Source: Candidatus Moraniibacteriota bacterium
Lineage (GTDB): Bacteria > Patescibacteriota > Minisyncoccia > Moranbacterales > GCA-2747515
Reading direction: 5' to 3'
DNA length: 64,000 nucleotides
Assembly (NCBI GenBank): GCA_027031495.1
Contig: JALVQA010000004.1
Location: forward strand, 56,070-120,069
Position numbers and translations under genes: made by a program. Of this stretch, positions 50,020-59,240 are shown in pieces. Under the pieces are notes generated by a model. The model was not told where the DNA came from, ran no database searches, and saw nothing but the letters and a program-made list of their open reading frames with translations. The number at the start of each line of letters is the position of its first letter. Position 1 is the stretch's first letter.

Positions 50020-50812
50020 AGTAACCTTTTAGTATGCGAAGAGGGATAATAATTTTGTAGAGTATTTTATGATACCACGATGCGTGTGCCGTAAAAAAGA
50101 GAAGTGCGCTCAAGACGAGCCAATATACTTTGAGCGGTCTATTGTGCGGCGCCTCACTTACCTCATAGTGAAGTGCTCTTGCGCGGGGCACAACGCCGAC
50201 GACAAAGTGTTTTTTGCGTGCACAGTATGAAAAATCAGCATCTTCGTAGTAGAGAAAGTATGATTCATTGAGTAGGCCGATTTCCTTAAACACATCTTTG
50301 TGAATACTTACAACACATCCGGTTGCACTCTCTGTCGGTATGACGGTTGTTGTGTGTGTGGTGTGTGGGGTGGTTGTGGTATGCATGATGCGCATAGCGT
50401 GCCAGTTAACTGTCGCACCGGCATACCAAATCTTACCAGATGGCTCTGTGATAATTGGACATAAAACTGACGGTTTTGCACATTTTTCGCCGGCACGTAC
50501 AAGGCGCGCAATAGTTGTTGTTTCAATGATTGCATCGCTATTGATGAGGATGACGTAATCAGCGCCACGTTCAAGGGCAAAGCGAATGCCAACGTTATTG
50601 CCGGCTGCAAAGCCGATATTTTTTGAATTTCTTATAAACTCAGCATGCTGAAATCGCTCTCGTGCTTCTTCGAGAGAGCCGTCTGTAGATGCGTTATCTA
50701 CAACAACTACGTGAAAGTCACCATTGTACTGCGTGCGAAAAACGGCGTTAAGACATGCATCAAGAGTCTCACCGCTATTATAGTTGAGAATAACCGCGTA
50801 AACTTTTGGCAT
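49928..50812 (-). CDS. Family 2 glycosyltransferase
   Basis: YAVILNYNSGETLDACLNAV..VVVVDNASTDGS...NIGFAAGNNVGIRFALERGADYVILINSDA is the canonical GT2 N-terminal pattern. Confidence 0.85.
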   Translation of the reverse strand: MPKVYAVILNYNSGETLDACLNAVFRTQYNGDFHVVVVDNASTDGSLEEARERFQHAEFIRNSKNIGFAAGNNVGIRFALERGADYVILINSDAIIETTTIARLVRAGEKCAKPSVLCPIITEPSGKIWYAGATVNWHAMRIMHTTTTPHTTHTTTVIPTESATGCVVSIHKDVFKEIGLLNESYFLYYEDADFSYCARKKHFVVGVVPRARALHYEVSEAPHNRPLKVYWLVLSALLFFTAHASWYHKILYKIIIPLRILKGYYAPSDKKLAPHVRRAFKDFRNARKHYISHC

Positions 50813-50847
50813 ACGCTTTTTTTATTATGCTTTTTATGTTTTGTTTT

Positions 50848-52284
50848 TTACGCGATATCTTTTTTTGAAAAAAAGATTGCGCGAATTTCTTCCATACTAA
50901 TTGCACGTGTAAACCAGAGTGCAACAGCGTATACAGCTATTGAGAGTGCGATAACCGTAAAGATATTGAGTGACATTGTAAAAAAGAGTGTCAATGCCAT
51001 GATACCACTTGCGCCAATAATATGTAATAGCTGTGGGATACGAGGCATGTATCTGATGTGTCGTGCGACAAGAAACATGCTTAGTGCTACAACAAGACCT
51101 TCTGTTGCAAATGACATGCCTGCTGCGGCAATGTAAGAGAAGTGGGGAATGAGGAGCCAGTTGCCCGTGACGTTAAAAAATGCACAAACGGCAAGTGCAC
51201 TCATGAGGTACTTTTGGAGATTGCCAACAAGGAGAAGTGTTGTAAAGAACTGTCCAAGAAAAATGAAAAGAAGCGCGCCGGCGAGAATGCGGAGAACGGT
51301 TGCCGATGCCTCGTAATTAAAATCAGGGCCACCGACGATACGCATAATATCTTCCGCGCGAAACAAAATGCCTGTGACGATGGGAAGGATGATAGCAGAA
51401 AAGACCTTTAGTGTTTTATTCGCAAAATGCGTAAATTGTACACGATTCTGTGTAAGCGTGCGTGAGAGAATAGGAAGCATGAGGCCCATGACCATGGCAG
51501 GGAAGAATATAAGGTTTTCCATGATTTTATATGCCGCACCATAAATACCAACTGCAATGTCATTTTGAAGAAAAGAGAGAAGAATCATGTCAACCTTAAA
51601 GTAAAAGAACGTAATAATGGCGGCGATACCCATCGGAAGAGATTGTGCAAGAAATGTGCGCCAGTACGTCGGATCCCATACGAGGCGGAGTTTTACATAG
51701 CGACGGACGAGAAATGTGATAATGAGAAAGTTAAATCCCATTGCCGCAACAACGCCGGCAACAAGCCATATGAAACCGGCGTCAAAATACATTACGCCGG
51801 CAATCCATGCGACCTGAAGAACCTTGCCAAAAAACTCTGTAATGACAACGAGGTCCATGCGCAGATGTTTTTGAAAAACGCTATTGAGGAGGCCATAACT
51901 GGAAGAAAAAAGAAAGGCAACACCAATAAGAATAATGGCAAAACGTACATCATGCGTATACGGTAAAAACGGCACTACCGTCGCAGCAATAGCAAAAACG
52001 AAAAAAGAGATAATAATGCGCAGTGTGAAAATGCGTTCGATTGTTTCTTGTTCTTCCTCTACTGGTTGTCTGCCGATATCGCGTGCAGTGATATGATAGA
52101 GACCGAAGTCAGCAAATGCGACAAGAAGAGCGAAGAAGGCGAGGACTGTTGCGTATGCACCAAAACCGGCCGTACCAAGATAGCGTGTTACAAGACCAAT
52201 GCCAACGAGTGCAAGTGCCGTTGACGCGACTTTCATTACAACGTTGACAATAACGTTGTAAGCAAGTTGTTTGCCGAGTGCCAT
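50848..52284 (-). CDS. Polysaccharide flippase (Wzx / MOP superfamily)
   Basis: It has about 14 TM helices. The N-terminal KQLAYNVIVNVVMKVASTALALVGIGLVTRYLGTAGFGAY is typical of Wzx. Confidence 0.85.
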   Translation of the reverse strand: MALGKQLAYNVIVNVVMKVASTALALVGIGLVTRYLGTAGFGAYATVLAFFALLVAFADFGLYHITARDIGRQPVEEEQETIERIFTLRIIISFFVFAIAATVVPFLPYTHDVRFAIILIGVAFLFSSSYGLLNSVFQKHLRMDLVVITEFFGKVLQVAWIAGVMYFDAGFIWLVAGVVAAMGFNFLIITFLVRRYVKLRLVWDPTYWRTFLAQSLPMGIAAIITFFYFKVDMILLSFLQNDIAVGIYGAAYKIMENLIFFPAMVMGLMLPILSRTLTQNRVQFTHFANKTLKVFSAIILPIVTGILFRAEDIMRIVGGPDFNYEASATVLRILAGALLFIFLGQFFTTLLLVGNLQKYLMSALAVCAFFNVTGNWLLIPHFSYIAAAGMSFATEGLVVALSMFLVARHIRYMPRIPQLLHIIGASGIMALTLFFTMSLNIFTVIALSIAVYAVALWFTRAISMEEIRAIFFSKKDIA

Positions 52285-52296
52285 ATATTTTGCAAT

Positions 52297-53061
52297 TTAT
52301 GATGCTTTCACCGACTTTTTCGTATGGGTAAGATAGTATTGTTGTACGATCATAAAGAGTGTTGACACAAACCAGTAGAGAGCAAGACCGCCAGGGAAAG
52401 TGAAACCAATAAGAAGCGTCATCACAGGCGCTATGTAGACCATTTGTTTCGTCATAATTTCTGCAAAGTCTTGTATAGCCGGTGCATCGGCGTCTTTTGA
52501 TGGTGTTTTTTTCTCGGCTGATGTGTCTTTTGAGCGCTGTGCCATCATCATTTTCATCTGAAGATACTGTCCAGCCGCTGCAAGAACTGCAAGAAGTGGA
52601 CTTGGTGTGTGTAAGTCAATGATGCCAAGGAGTGTTGGCGTCATTGTTCCCGGATTGTGTATAAAAGGATAGAGGCGTGCGCTATCAACAATCACTTCTG
52701 CGCCCTTCATGCCAAAGAGAATGCGGTAAAAGGCGATAAAGACAATCATTTGAATAATGAGAGGAAGGCAGCCGGAAACAGGGGTTGTGTTGTGTTTTTT
52801 ATAAAGCGCAAGAATCTCTTTTGTTTGCTTTTCTTTGTCATCCTTGTGCTCTTTCTGAATTTTCTTGATTTTTGGTTGCAATTCCTGCATTTTTTTCTGA
52901 CTCTCAATTTGTTTCTTTGAGAGATGAAGCATTGCGAGTTTGATAAGAATGGTTGCAACAATAATTGCAATACCAAAATCATGTGGCGGGATAAATTCGT
53001 AAGCAGCAATGAGAATGTTATAGAGTGGATTAACAACAAATGTATTAAAGAGAGAACCCAT
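52297..53061 (-). CDS. yidC: Membrane protein insertase YidC (short form)
   Basis: FGIAIIVATILIKLAMLHLSKKQ..QPKIKKIQ...GCLPLIIQMIVFIAFY is YidC/Oxa1-like. It is downstream of rnpA, the conserved order. Confidence 0.9.
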   Translation of the reverse strand: MGSLFNTFVVNPLYNILIAAYEFIPPHDFGIAIIVATILIKLAMLHLSKKQIESQKKMQELQPKIKKIQKEHKDDKEKQTKEILALYKKHNTTPVSGCLPLIIQMIVFIAFYRILFGMKGAEVIVDSARLYPFIHNPGTMTPTLLGIIDLHTPSPLLAVLAAAGQYLQMKMMMAQRSKDTSAEKKTPSKDADAPAIQDFAEIMTKQMVYIAPVMTLLIGFTFPGGLALYWFVSTLFMIVQQYYLTHTKKSVKAS

Positions 53062-53136
53062 AGTAATTAGTTACAGTAAATAAGAGATATTAAGCATGTA
53101 TGTATATTACATGACATACATTACAAGTATACACCA

Positions 53137-53487
53137 TCATCTTTTCTTTGCGCGTACATGTGCCTTTGCTATCGTTTTTGCAAGATCAGTGCAAAGTGCA
53201 TCATAGCTAACATTGTTAAGTGTTGTTTTTGGCGTAATAACAATGTGCATAGGTATATGCATCGTATGCATAATGCTCTCAAGAGCACCGTAAATGCGTC
53301 GGCGCAGTCTATTGCGCCTAACGATTGTGCGTGCATGCTTTTTGGGTATAGCACAGCCACAACGCACCTCCTTTATATCTTGTGCAATGAGCACGCGTGC
53401 ACACACAAAAGCGCCGCACGCAGAGGTGCCACGCTTCCATACGGCGTCAAATTGCTTTGTTGAGAGACGATGTTGTCGTGGTAACAT
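53137..53487 (-). CDS. rnpA: RNase P protein component
   Basis: MLPRQHRLSTKQFDAVWKRG and RNRLRRRIY are the RnpA motifs. The start was set at the internal Met 14 nt after the rpmH stop. Confidence 0.85.
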   Translation of the reverse strand: MLPRQHRLSTKQFDAVWKRGTSACGAFVCARVLIAQDIKEVRCGCAIPKKHARTIVRRNRLRRRIYGALESIMHTMHIPMHIVITPKTTLNNVSYDALCTDLAKTIAKAHVRAKKR

Positions 53488-53500
53488 TTTGACGATGATG

Positions 53501-53641
53501 CTATACAGCAAGTCTCTTGCGCCCCTTCTGACGGCGACGCTTAATAACTGCGCGACCTGCGGCAGTTTTCATGCGCGAAAGAAAGCCATGCACACGCTTT
53601 CTCTTTCGTACTTTCGGTTGGTATGTTCGCTTTGTAGACAT
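53501..53641 (-). CDS. rpmH: Ribosomal protein L34
   Basis: Hand translation gives the 46-aa [46 protein letters not shown]. The gene is not in the ORF track because it is under 60 aa. Confidence 0.9.
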   Translation of the reverse strand: MSTKRTYQPKVRKRKRVHGFLSRMKTAAGRAVIKRRRQKGRKRLAV

Positions 53642-53762
53642 GTCTTTTCGGAAATAATATCTAATCAAAATACCCTAGAAGTGTAGCAGAAAAGGCGGTA
53701 ACTTGTCAAATGCTTATGGGTATGTTATTGAGATTATTGAAGAAGTGGTGTACATTTGATGT

Positions 53763-55220
53763 ATGTACGAAAAGGTTCCGCAAAATGTAAAAGATGTTAT
53801 CAAAACGCTTACCACTGCCGGGCATGAGGCGTTTGTTGTTGGTGGATGTGTGCGTGATATGGTTATTGGTCGTCAGCCAAAGGATTGGGACATTACAACA
53901 AATGCGCGTCCGGAAGAGGTACAGACACTTTTCTCGGATAGTTTTTATGAGAATGATTTTGGTACCGTTGGTGTAAAGGTTACACCGTTTTTGCCGCATG
54001 GAAAAGAAGGGCGCGAACATGATGTTATAGAAGTAACGACATATCGTATAGAGACAACGTACAGTGACAAGCGACGGCCTGATGATGTGGTGTTTGTAGA
54101 CACGATTGAGGAGGATTTGGCGCGTCGTGATTTTACGATAAATGCGATGGCGCTCGGTGAAGACGATGTGCTCCGTGATCCCTTTGGTGGTAGAGAGGAT
54201 ATTCGGCGCAAAAGTATTCGCGCTGTTGGTGATCCGCAACGGCGTTTTGAGGAAGATGCATTGCGCATGATGCGTGCTGTGCGTTTTTGCGCCGAGATTG
54301 GTTTTGATATTGAACAGCGTACAAGGGATGCAATTGTTGCACATGCTGATAGTATTAAGGACATTGCCATTGAGCGTATACGTGATGAATTTTCGCGTAT
54401 TGTGATGAGTTCACATCCGCGACAGGGCATACAATTACTTTCTGACATGCATTTGCTCAAGCACTTCATGCCGGAATTGGAAGAGGGGATTGGTGTGGAG
54501 CAAAATCACCATCATATTTATACCGTGTGGGAGCATAATTTACGTGCTTTGGCGATGTGTCCAAGTGCAAAGCTTTCCGTACGACTTGCCGCACTTTTGC
54601 ATGATGTTGGTAAACCACGTTCAAAGCGCGGTGTTGGTCGCAATTGTACATTCTATAATCATGAATATATTGGTGAGCGCATGGCGCGTAAGATTCTTTC
54701 ACGTATGCGTTACCCTAAAAAAGTTATTGATCATACGGCGCTTCTTGTACGTAATCATATGTTTTACTATAGTGTCGGTGAAGTAACGGAAAGTGCAGTG
54801 CGTCGTGTTATTGCGAAAGTCGGCAAGGAAAATATCAAAGATTTAATTGACGTGCGCATTGGTGATCGTTTGGGTAGTGGCAGTGCGAAGGCAAAACCGT
54901 ATAAACTGCGTCACTTTGAATACATGGTTGAGAAGGTGTCACATGATGCTGTCAATGTCAAAATGCTCAAAATCAACGGCGATATTATGATTAAAGAAAT
55001 GGGCTTTACCCCGGGACCAAAGATTGGTGCGATTCTTGAAACACTTCTTGCAGAAGTTATTGACGATGCATCAAAAAATACGTTACCATACCTGAGGAAG
55101 CGTGCAATGGAGCTTAATGAGGAAGATCTTGATACGCTACGCGCGCGTGCGCGAGAGCGCATTGCGTTGCAACGCAAGGAAGATGAAGCGGCACTCAAAA
55201 AGCGTTACTGGGTAAAGTAA
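53763..55220 (+). CDS. cca: tRNA nucleotidyltransferase (CCA-adding enzyme) / poly(A) polymerase family with HD domain
   Basis: There is a PolB-type nucleotidyltransferase head (FVVGGCVRD..DWDITT), an HD domain (HH..GK) and a C-terminal tRNA-binding region. Confidence 0.9.
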   Translation: MYEKVPQNVKDVIKTLTTAGHEAFVVGGCVRDMVIGRQPKDWDITTNARPEEVQTLFSDSFYENDFGTVGVKVTPFLPHGKEGREHDVIEVTTYRIETTYSDKRRPDDVVFVDTIEEDLARRDFTINAMALGEDDVLRDPFGGREDIRRKSIRAVGDPQRRFEEDALRMMRAVRFCAEIGFDIEQRTRDAIVAHADSIKDIAIERIRDEFSRIVMSSHPRQGIQLLSDMHLLKHFMPELEEGIGVEQNHHHIYTVWEHNLRALAMCPSAKLSVRLAALLHDVGKPRSKRGVGRNCTFYNHEYIGERMARKILSRMRYPKKVIDHTALLVRNHMFYYSVGEVTESAVRRVIAKVGKENIKDLIDVRIGDRLGSGSAKAKPYKLRHFEYMVEKVSHDAVNVKMLKINGDIMIKEMGFTPGPKIGAILETLLAEVIDDASKNTLPYLRKRAMELNEEDLDTLRARARERIALQRKEDEAALKKRYWVK

Positions 55221-55226
55221 AAAGAT

Positions 55227-55532
55227 ATGCGTTTTACAATACGATTACGAGATAACGTAACTGTTGCATTGCGTCGTGCCGGGTACGCTTTTCAAAAGCA
55301 TGTTGGTAGTGGCGAGATGGCTTTTGTGCGGCCATTAGGGCAGGGCGACTTTCCGCGTTTCCATATCTATGCAAAAGAGAAGGGCTTCAATGAATGTGTT
55401 ATAAACATTCATCTTGATGCGCGACGAGAGACGTACGGTAAGCAGGCAATGCATGGTGGTGAGTACAGCGATGATGGCGCACTTGGGCCGGAGGTGGATC
55501 GTTTGAAAAAACTCTTTGATGTGGTAGAGTAG
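55227..55532 (+). CDS. Hypothetical protein (101 aa)
   Basis: It sits 6 bp after cca on the same strand. No motif was recognised. Confidence 0.35.
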   Translation: MRFTIRLRDNVTVALRRAGYAFQKHVGSGEMAFVRPLGQGDFPRFHIYAKEKGFNECVINIHLDARRETYGKQAMHGGEYSDDGALGPEVDRLKKLFDVVE

Positions 55533-55565
55533 AAGAGAGCTTATTGACGCTAGGAAATTGAATAT

Positions 55566-55646
55566 GCCGAGGTGGTGAAATGGTAGACACGCCAGTCTTA
55601 GGAACTGGTGCCTTCGGGCGTGGAGGTTCGAGTCCTCTCCTCGGCA
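55566..55646 (+). tRNA. tRNA-Leu (anticodon UAG), long variable arm
   Basis: The acceptor is GCCGAGG/CCTCGGC, the anticodon stem CCAGT/ACTGG with loop CTTAGGA, and the T-arm GGAGG-TTCGAGT-CCTCT. Confidence 0.85.
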
Positions 55647-55818
55647 CAGAAATGTATCATGATTACATAAAGAAGGTTTTGCGACCTTCTTTTTTATTGA
55701 TTCTGCATATTTCCTTACGCAAACTTGTGCTTTTAATTTTGTAAGTTGTTTTTTGTGTCATTTAACGGTAGAATGAACAGTAAGGATAATGTGTTGATTT
55801 TAGAAATAAAAATAAAAT

Positions 55819-57348
55819 ATGCTTACTCTATTGCAAAATTTGCTCAAAGTCGTTCTCGCACTTATTGTATTGGTTGCTGCGTATTTTGGCGTGCAACTTG
55901 GTATAGATGATCATCTTTCCAATCAAAATCCAACAACTGCAATTAATGTTAATGTGAGTGACACTGTTGGAGCTGGGGGGAATGGTACTACTCCTGCAAC
56001 ACCGTCACCACCAGCAGGAAATGCTGGTGGCAGTCATTCAGCTGACACATCATTAACTGCTAATAATGGTAATAGCAGTAACAGTAGCGATACAACTGAT
56101 AGTGCGACTAGTGATACAGCTGGCATAGGTAGTATTGGCATAGGTGGTGTTTCACGTGTTGTTATTGGTGATTCTGACGATGATAGCACTGTAGGGAATC
56201 AGTACGTTGATAATAGCGATCATGCAACACCAGAAGTTTTTACTGGTAGTAAGATGATGGTTGGCGGTAATGATGGTACTGTGCGCTACAGTGGCGTTTC
56301 GGCACAGGAGGCTGCGGCAAGTGGTTTTGTTAATGGTGTTTCCAAAAAGAGCATTTGGGATGAGCGGCTTGTACGTCATGTTGCGTCTGCGTACGATGTT
56401 TTTCGCTGGATGAATAAAGTGCAAAACGGCGCTCAAATTAAAGGTGGTGGTTTTGATAGTTGGGAGAATCGTCCAAAAGCAAATGACCCTCTACCGGATC
56501 CGGGTGGATGGACAATGGAGCCATTGGCATATGAGTGGATGATTGATTTTTGTAATCGTGCAAAAGTGGATTGTTGGCTGACGGTACCGGCAGCAACAGC
56601 GGATGATCCGACATTTCCGGAAAAATTTGCAACTCTTGTGAAAAATCAACTTGATCCATCTTTGCATGTATGGGTGGAGTGGGCAAATGAGGCATGGAAT
56701 AGTGGTAACTATGCTGGTGGATGGATTGATGAGAACAAAGGCGGTGACCGTCCCGGGTACACGGCATGCGCAGCGGCGCAGCTGTGGGCCGGCTTTGACA
56801 AGGTTTATGGCAAGGACGATAAACGTGTCGTGCGTGTGTTGGCATGGCAGGCCGGTAATCCTGGCTCTGGGCGCACGCTGTTTGAAAGACTTAATGATCC
56901 ATCATGTAATCCGACAGGTGCAAAGCCGGATGTCTATGCAATTGCGCCATACGTACCAGGTAATCCGGCTGATGCGTCAACATACAATTATGAAAAAATG
57001 AGTGGCGAGCTACATAGTTATGTGGAGGCGGCAATCAGGGAGAATAAGGCGTTGGCTGATGAGCATGGCATTCCACTCGTTACATATGAAGGCGGGCAAC
57101 AATTTTTTGGTAGCCCCGGTGTTGCAACTCTTAATCGCAGTCAAGACATGTATGATTTCTACATCGACTACATGAACACACTTGCGAAAAACGGCATCAG
57201 GTTATTTATGCAATATGTTGGCGTGCCGGAGGAGTATGCAGAAACGGCAGCATATGGTGATTCTGAGGATATTGACAACCCAATGGCATCGCCAAAGTAT
57301 AGAGCGATTATTAATTGGCGTAAGGCGAACGGTATTGCACGCCCATGA
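55819..57348 (+). CDS. Membrane-anchored secreted protein with Ser/Thr/Gly-rich linker and a TIM-barrel glycoside-hydrolase-like domain
   Basis: There is an N-terminal TM segment and about 100 aa of STGN-rich linker. HVWVEWANEAWNSGNY resembles the catalytic-acid strand of clan GH-A hydrolases. The gene is moderately GC-rich. Confidence 0.45.
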   Translation: MLTLLQNLLKVVLALIVLVAAYFGVQLGIDDHLSNQNPTTAINVNVSDTVGAGGNGTTPATPSPPAGNAGGSHSADTSLTANNGNSSNSSDTTDSATSDTAGIGSIGIGGVSRVVIGDSDDDSTVGNQYVDNSDHATPEVFTGSKMMVGGNDGTVRYSGVSAQEAAASGFVNGVSKKSIWDERLVRHVASAYDVFRWMNKVQNGAQIKGGGFDSWENRPKANDPLPDPGGWTMEPLAYEWMIDFCNRAKVDCWLTVPAATADDPTFPEKFATLVKNQLDPSLHVWVEWANEAWNSGNYAGGWIDENKGGDRPGYTACAAAQLWAGFDKVYGKDDKRVVRVLAWQAGNPGSGRTLFERLNDPSCNPTGAKPDVYAIAPYVPGNPADASTYNYEKMSGELHSYVEAAIRENKALADEHGIPLVTYEGGQQFFGSPGVATLNRSQDMYDFYIDYMNTLAKNGIRLFMQYVGVPEEYAETAAYGDSEDIDNPMASPKYRAIINWRKANGIARP

Positions 57349-57500
57349 TCACCCTAACTTAAGGGGAGCACGCCAAGCAGTTAGCATATTCCTCTCCTTG
57401 CTTTGCTACGGAGAGAGTGGGATTCCCTTCCGGGCCGGGGAGTGCGATGGTCCGCGTGTCGCAAGCTTCACGCGCATCGCCCTCCCTTCGAATCCCACCT

Positions 57501-57548
57501 CACAAAAAAGCCAAAGCCCAACAACATCCCATTCAAGGGATGTTGTTG
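57501..57548 (-). terminator. Intrinsic terminator after tRNA-Ser
   Basis: On the minus strand a CAACAACATCCC-ttgaat-GGGATGTTGTTG hairpin is followed by GGCTTTGGCTTTTTTGTG. Confidence 0.45.
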
Positions 57549-57559
57549 ACCTCTGCGTG

Positions 57560-57648
57560 CGGAGAGGGTGGGATTCGAACCCACGGACCCGCGGGTGCAG
57601 GTCAACTGATTTCGAATCAGTCCCGTTCAACCACTCCGGCACCTCTCC
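57560..57648 (-). tRNA. tRNA-Ser (anticodon CGA), long variable arm
   Basis: Reverse-complement fold: the acceptor is GGAGAGG/CCTCTCC, the anticodon stem ACTGA/TCAGT with loop TTCGAAA, and the T-arm GTGGG-TTCGAAT-CCCAC. Confidence 0.8.
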
Positions 57649-57802
57649 ATAAGAACATACATAACCCATTTTAAACGATTTAGCAAAAAATGTCATTTTT
57701 ACTAATTTTTTGCTGTATTTAGTGTATTGTGTGATCAGATATGTATGCTGAAAGATGCAATTATGGTATACTTACGAGTAGTATAAAGAAAAATCAGATG
57801 AT

Positions 57803-59197
57803 ATGAAAAAGAAATCTCGTTCATTTATTGTTCTTGCAATGATTTTGCTTATTGGTAGCATTCTTTCCGGCTGTGGCGGAGAGAAAAAGTCTCCAATGTA
57901 TGATACAAATTTGGAGATCTGGGGCGTTTTTGATGATTCCGGCGATTATGGTACGATTCTTTCAGCATACCAACAACTAAATCCATTTATAACGAGTGTT
58001 ACATATCGCAAATTTCCGATAGAGGACTATGAGCGTGAGCTTTTGGATGCTTTGGCCGCCGGTAATGGTCCTGATATTTTTATGATTCAAAATTCATGGC
58101 TTCCTGATTATCTTAATAAGATTATACCGGCACCACAAGAATTTATAAATGAAAAGAAATTGCGTGAAACATTTGTAGATGTTGTCGCTGATGATTTTCT
58201 TGTTGATGGCAAGGTTTATGGTGTTCCTTTGTCTGTTGATTCTCTTGCTCTATACTATAATAAAGATTTTTTTAATGCCGCAGGGATCACGCATCCACCG
58301 AAAACATGGGAAGAATTTAGTAGTGATGTGGAAAAGATGACGCAGATTGATCAATTTGGTAATATTGTGCGTGCTGGGGCTGCGATCGGCACAGGTAAAA
58401 ACATAAATCGGAGTGCTGATATTATTACACTCCTCTTCTTGCAGAGTGGTATTGAAATGGTCAGCGAAAGTGAAAAAGAGGCAAACTTTCTTCGTTATGT
58501 GAAGAAGGGTGACGAATATGTTAATGCAGCGGAAAATGCTCTCAAATTCTATACAAATTTTGCATCACCGTCACGCTCTGTCTATACGTGGAATCGACGA
58601 CAACATTATTCACTCGATGCGTTTACAGAAGGAACAGTTGGCATGATGTTTAATTACTCGTGGCATTACAATACAATCAGGCGGAAAAATGAAAAGTTGC
58701 GTTTTGGTGTCGCACCTGTGCCGCAGCTTGATGAAAGTGCGCCACGAAATGTTGCGAACTACTGGGCTTTTGTTGTTTCTAAAAATAAGAAAGCATTTAC
58801 AAGTTCTGGTCGTCAATTACCGGAAAATGTACGCAGACATGAGGCGTGGGAGTTCTTGAAGTACTTAACAATGCGCAATGGTTCTTCTTTTAAGATTGTA
58901 CATGCTCTATCGAAAAAGGCAAAAAAGATGCCACTTTCCATTGATCCTGCAAAAGAGTATCTTGCGCTTACGCACAAACCGGCGGCGCGCCGTGATATTA
59001 TAGAGGAGCAGAAAGATGATCCCGTACTCGGCATTTTTGCGCGCGGTAATCTAATTGCGCGGAGTTGGCATCGCAAAAATGCTGATGCTGTCGATAAGAT
59101 TTTTGTTGATATGATTGAAAATGTAAATCTCGGCAAACAGACGATTGCACAAGCCCTTGAAACGGCACAATCGCGTATTACACAGTTATTGAGATAG
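57803..59197 (+). CDS. ABC transporter extracellular solute-binding lipoprotein (family 1, sugar/oligosaccharide type)
   Basis: There is a lipoprotein signal (LSGCGG), and the protein is 464 aa with the SBP_bac_1 pattern. No permease or ATPase follows within the window. Confidence 0.7.
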   Translation: MKKKSRSFIVLAMILLIGSILSGCGGEKKSPMYDTNLEIWGVFDDSGDYGTILSAYQQLNPFITSVTYRKFPIEDYERELLDALAAGNGPDIFMIQNSWLPDYLNKIIPAPQEFINEKKLRETFVDVVADDFLVDGKVYGVPLSVDSLALYYNKDFFNAAGITHPPKTWEEFSSDVEKMTQIDQFGNIVRAGAAIGTGKNINRSADIITLLFLQSGIEMVSESEKEANFLRYVKKGDEYVNAAENALKFYTNFASPSRSVYTWNRRQHYSLDAFTEGTVGMMFNYSWHYNTIRRKNEKLRFGVAPVPQLDESAPRNVANYWAFVVSKNKKAFTSSGRQLPENVRRHEAWEFLKYLTMRNGSSFKIVHALSKKAKKMPLSIDPAKEYLALTHKPAARRDIIEEQKDDPVLGIFARGNLIARSWHRKNADAVDKIFVDMIENVNLGKQTIAQALETAQSRITQLLR

Positions 59198-59240
59198 TTG
59201 CCGTGTAAAAGTGTGAAAATGTCTCAAAATATCTTGTTTA

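Noticed and set aside
57406-57696. 96-aa minus ORF and 85-aa plus ORF
   Set aside because: They are translations across tRNA-Ser and its tRNA-like neighbour (GIRTHG / RVRGFESHPLR-type strings).
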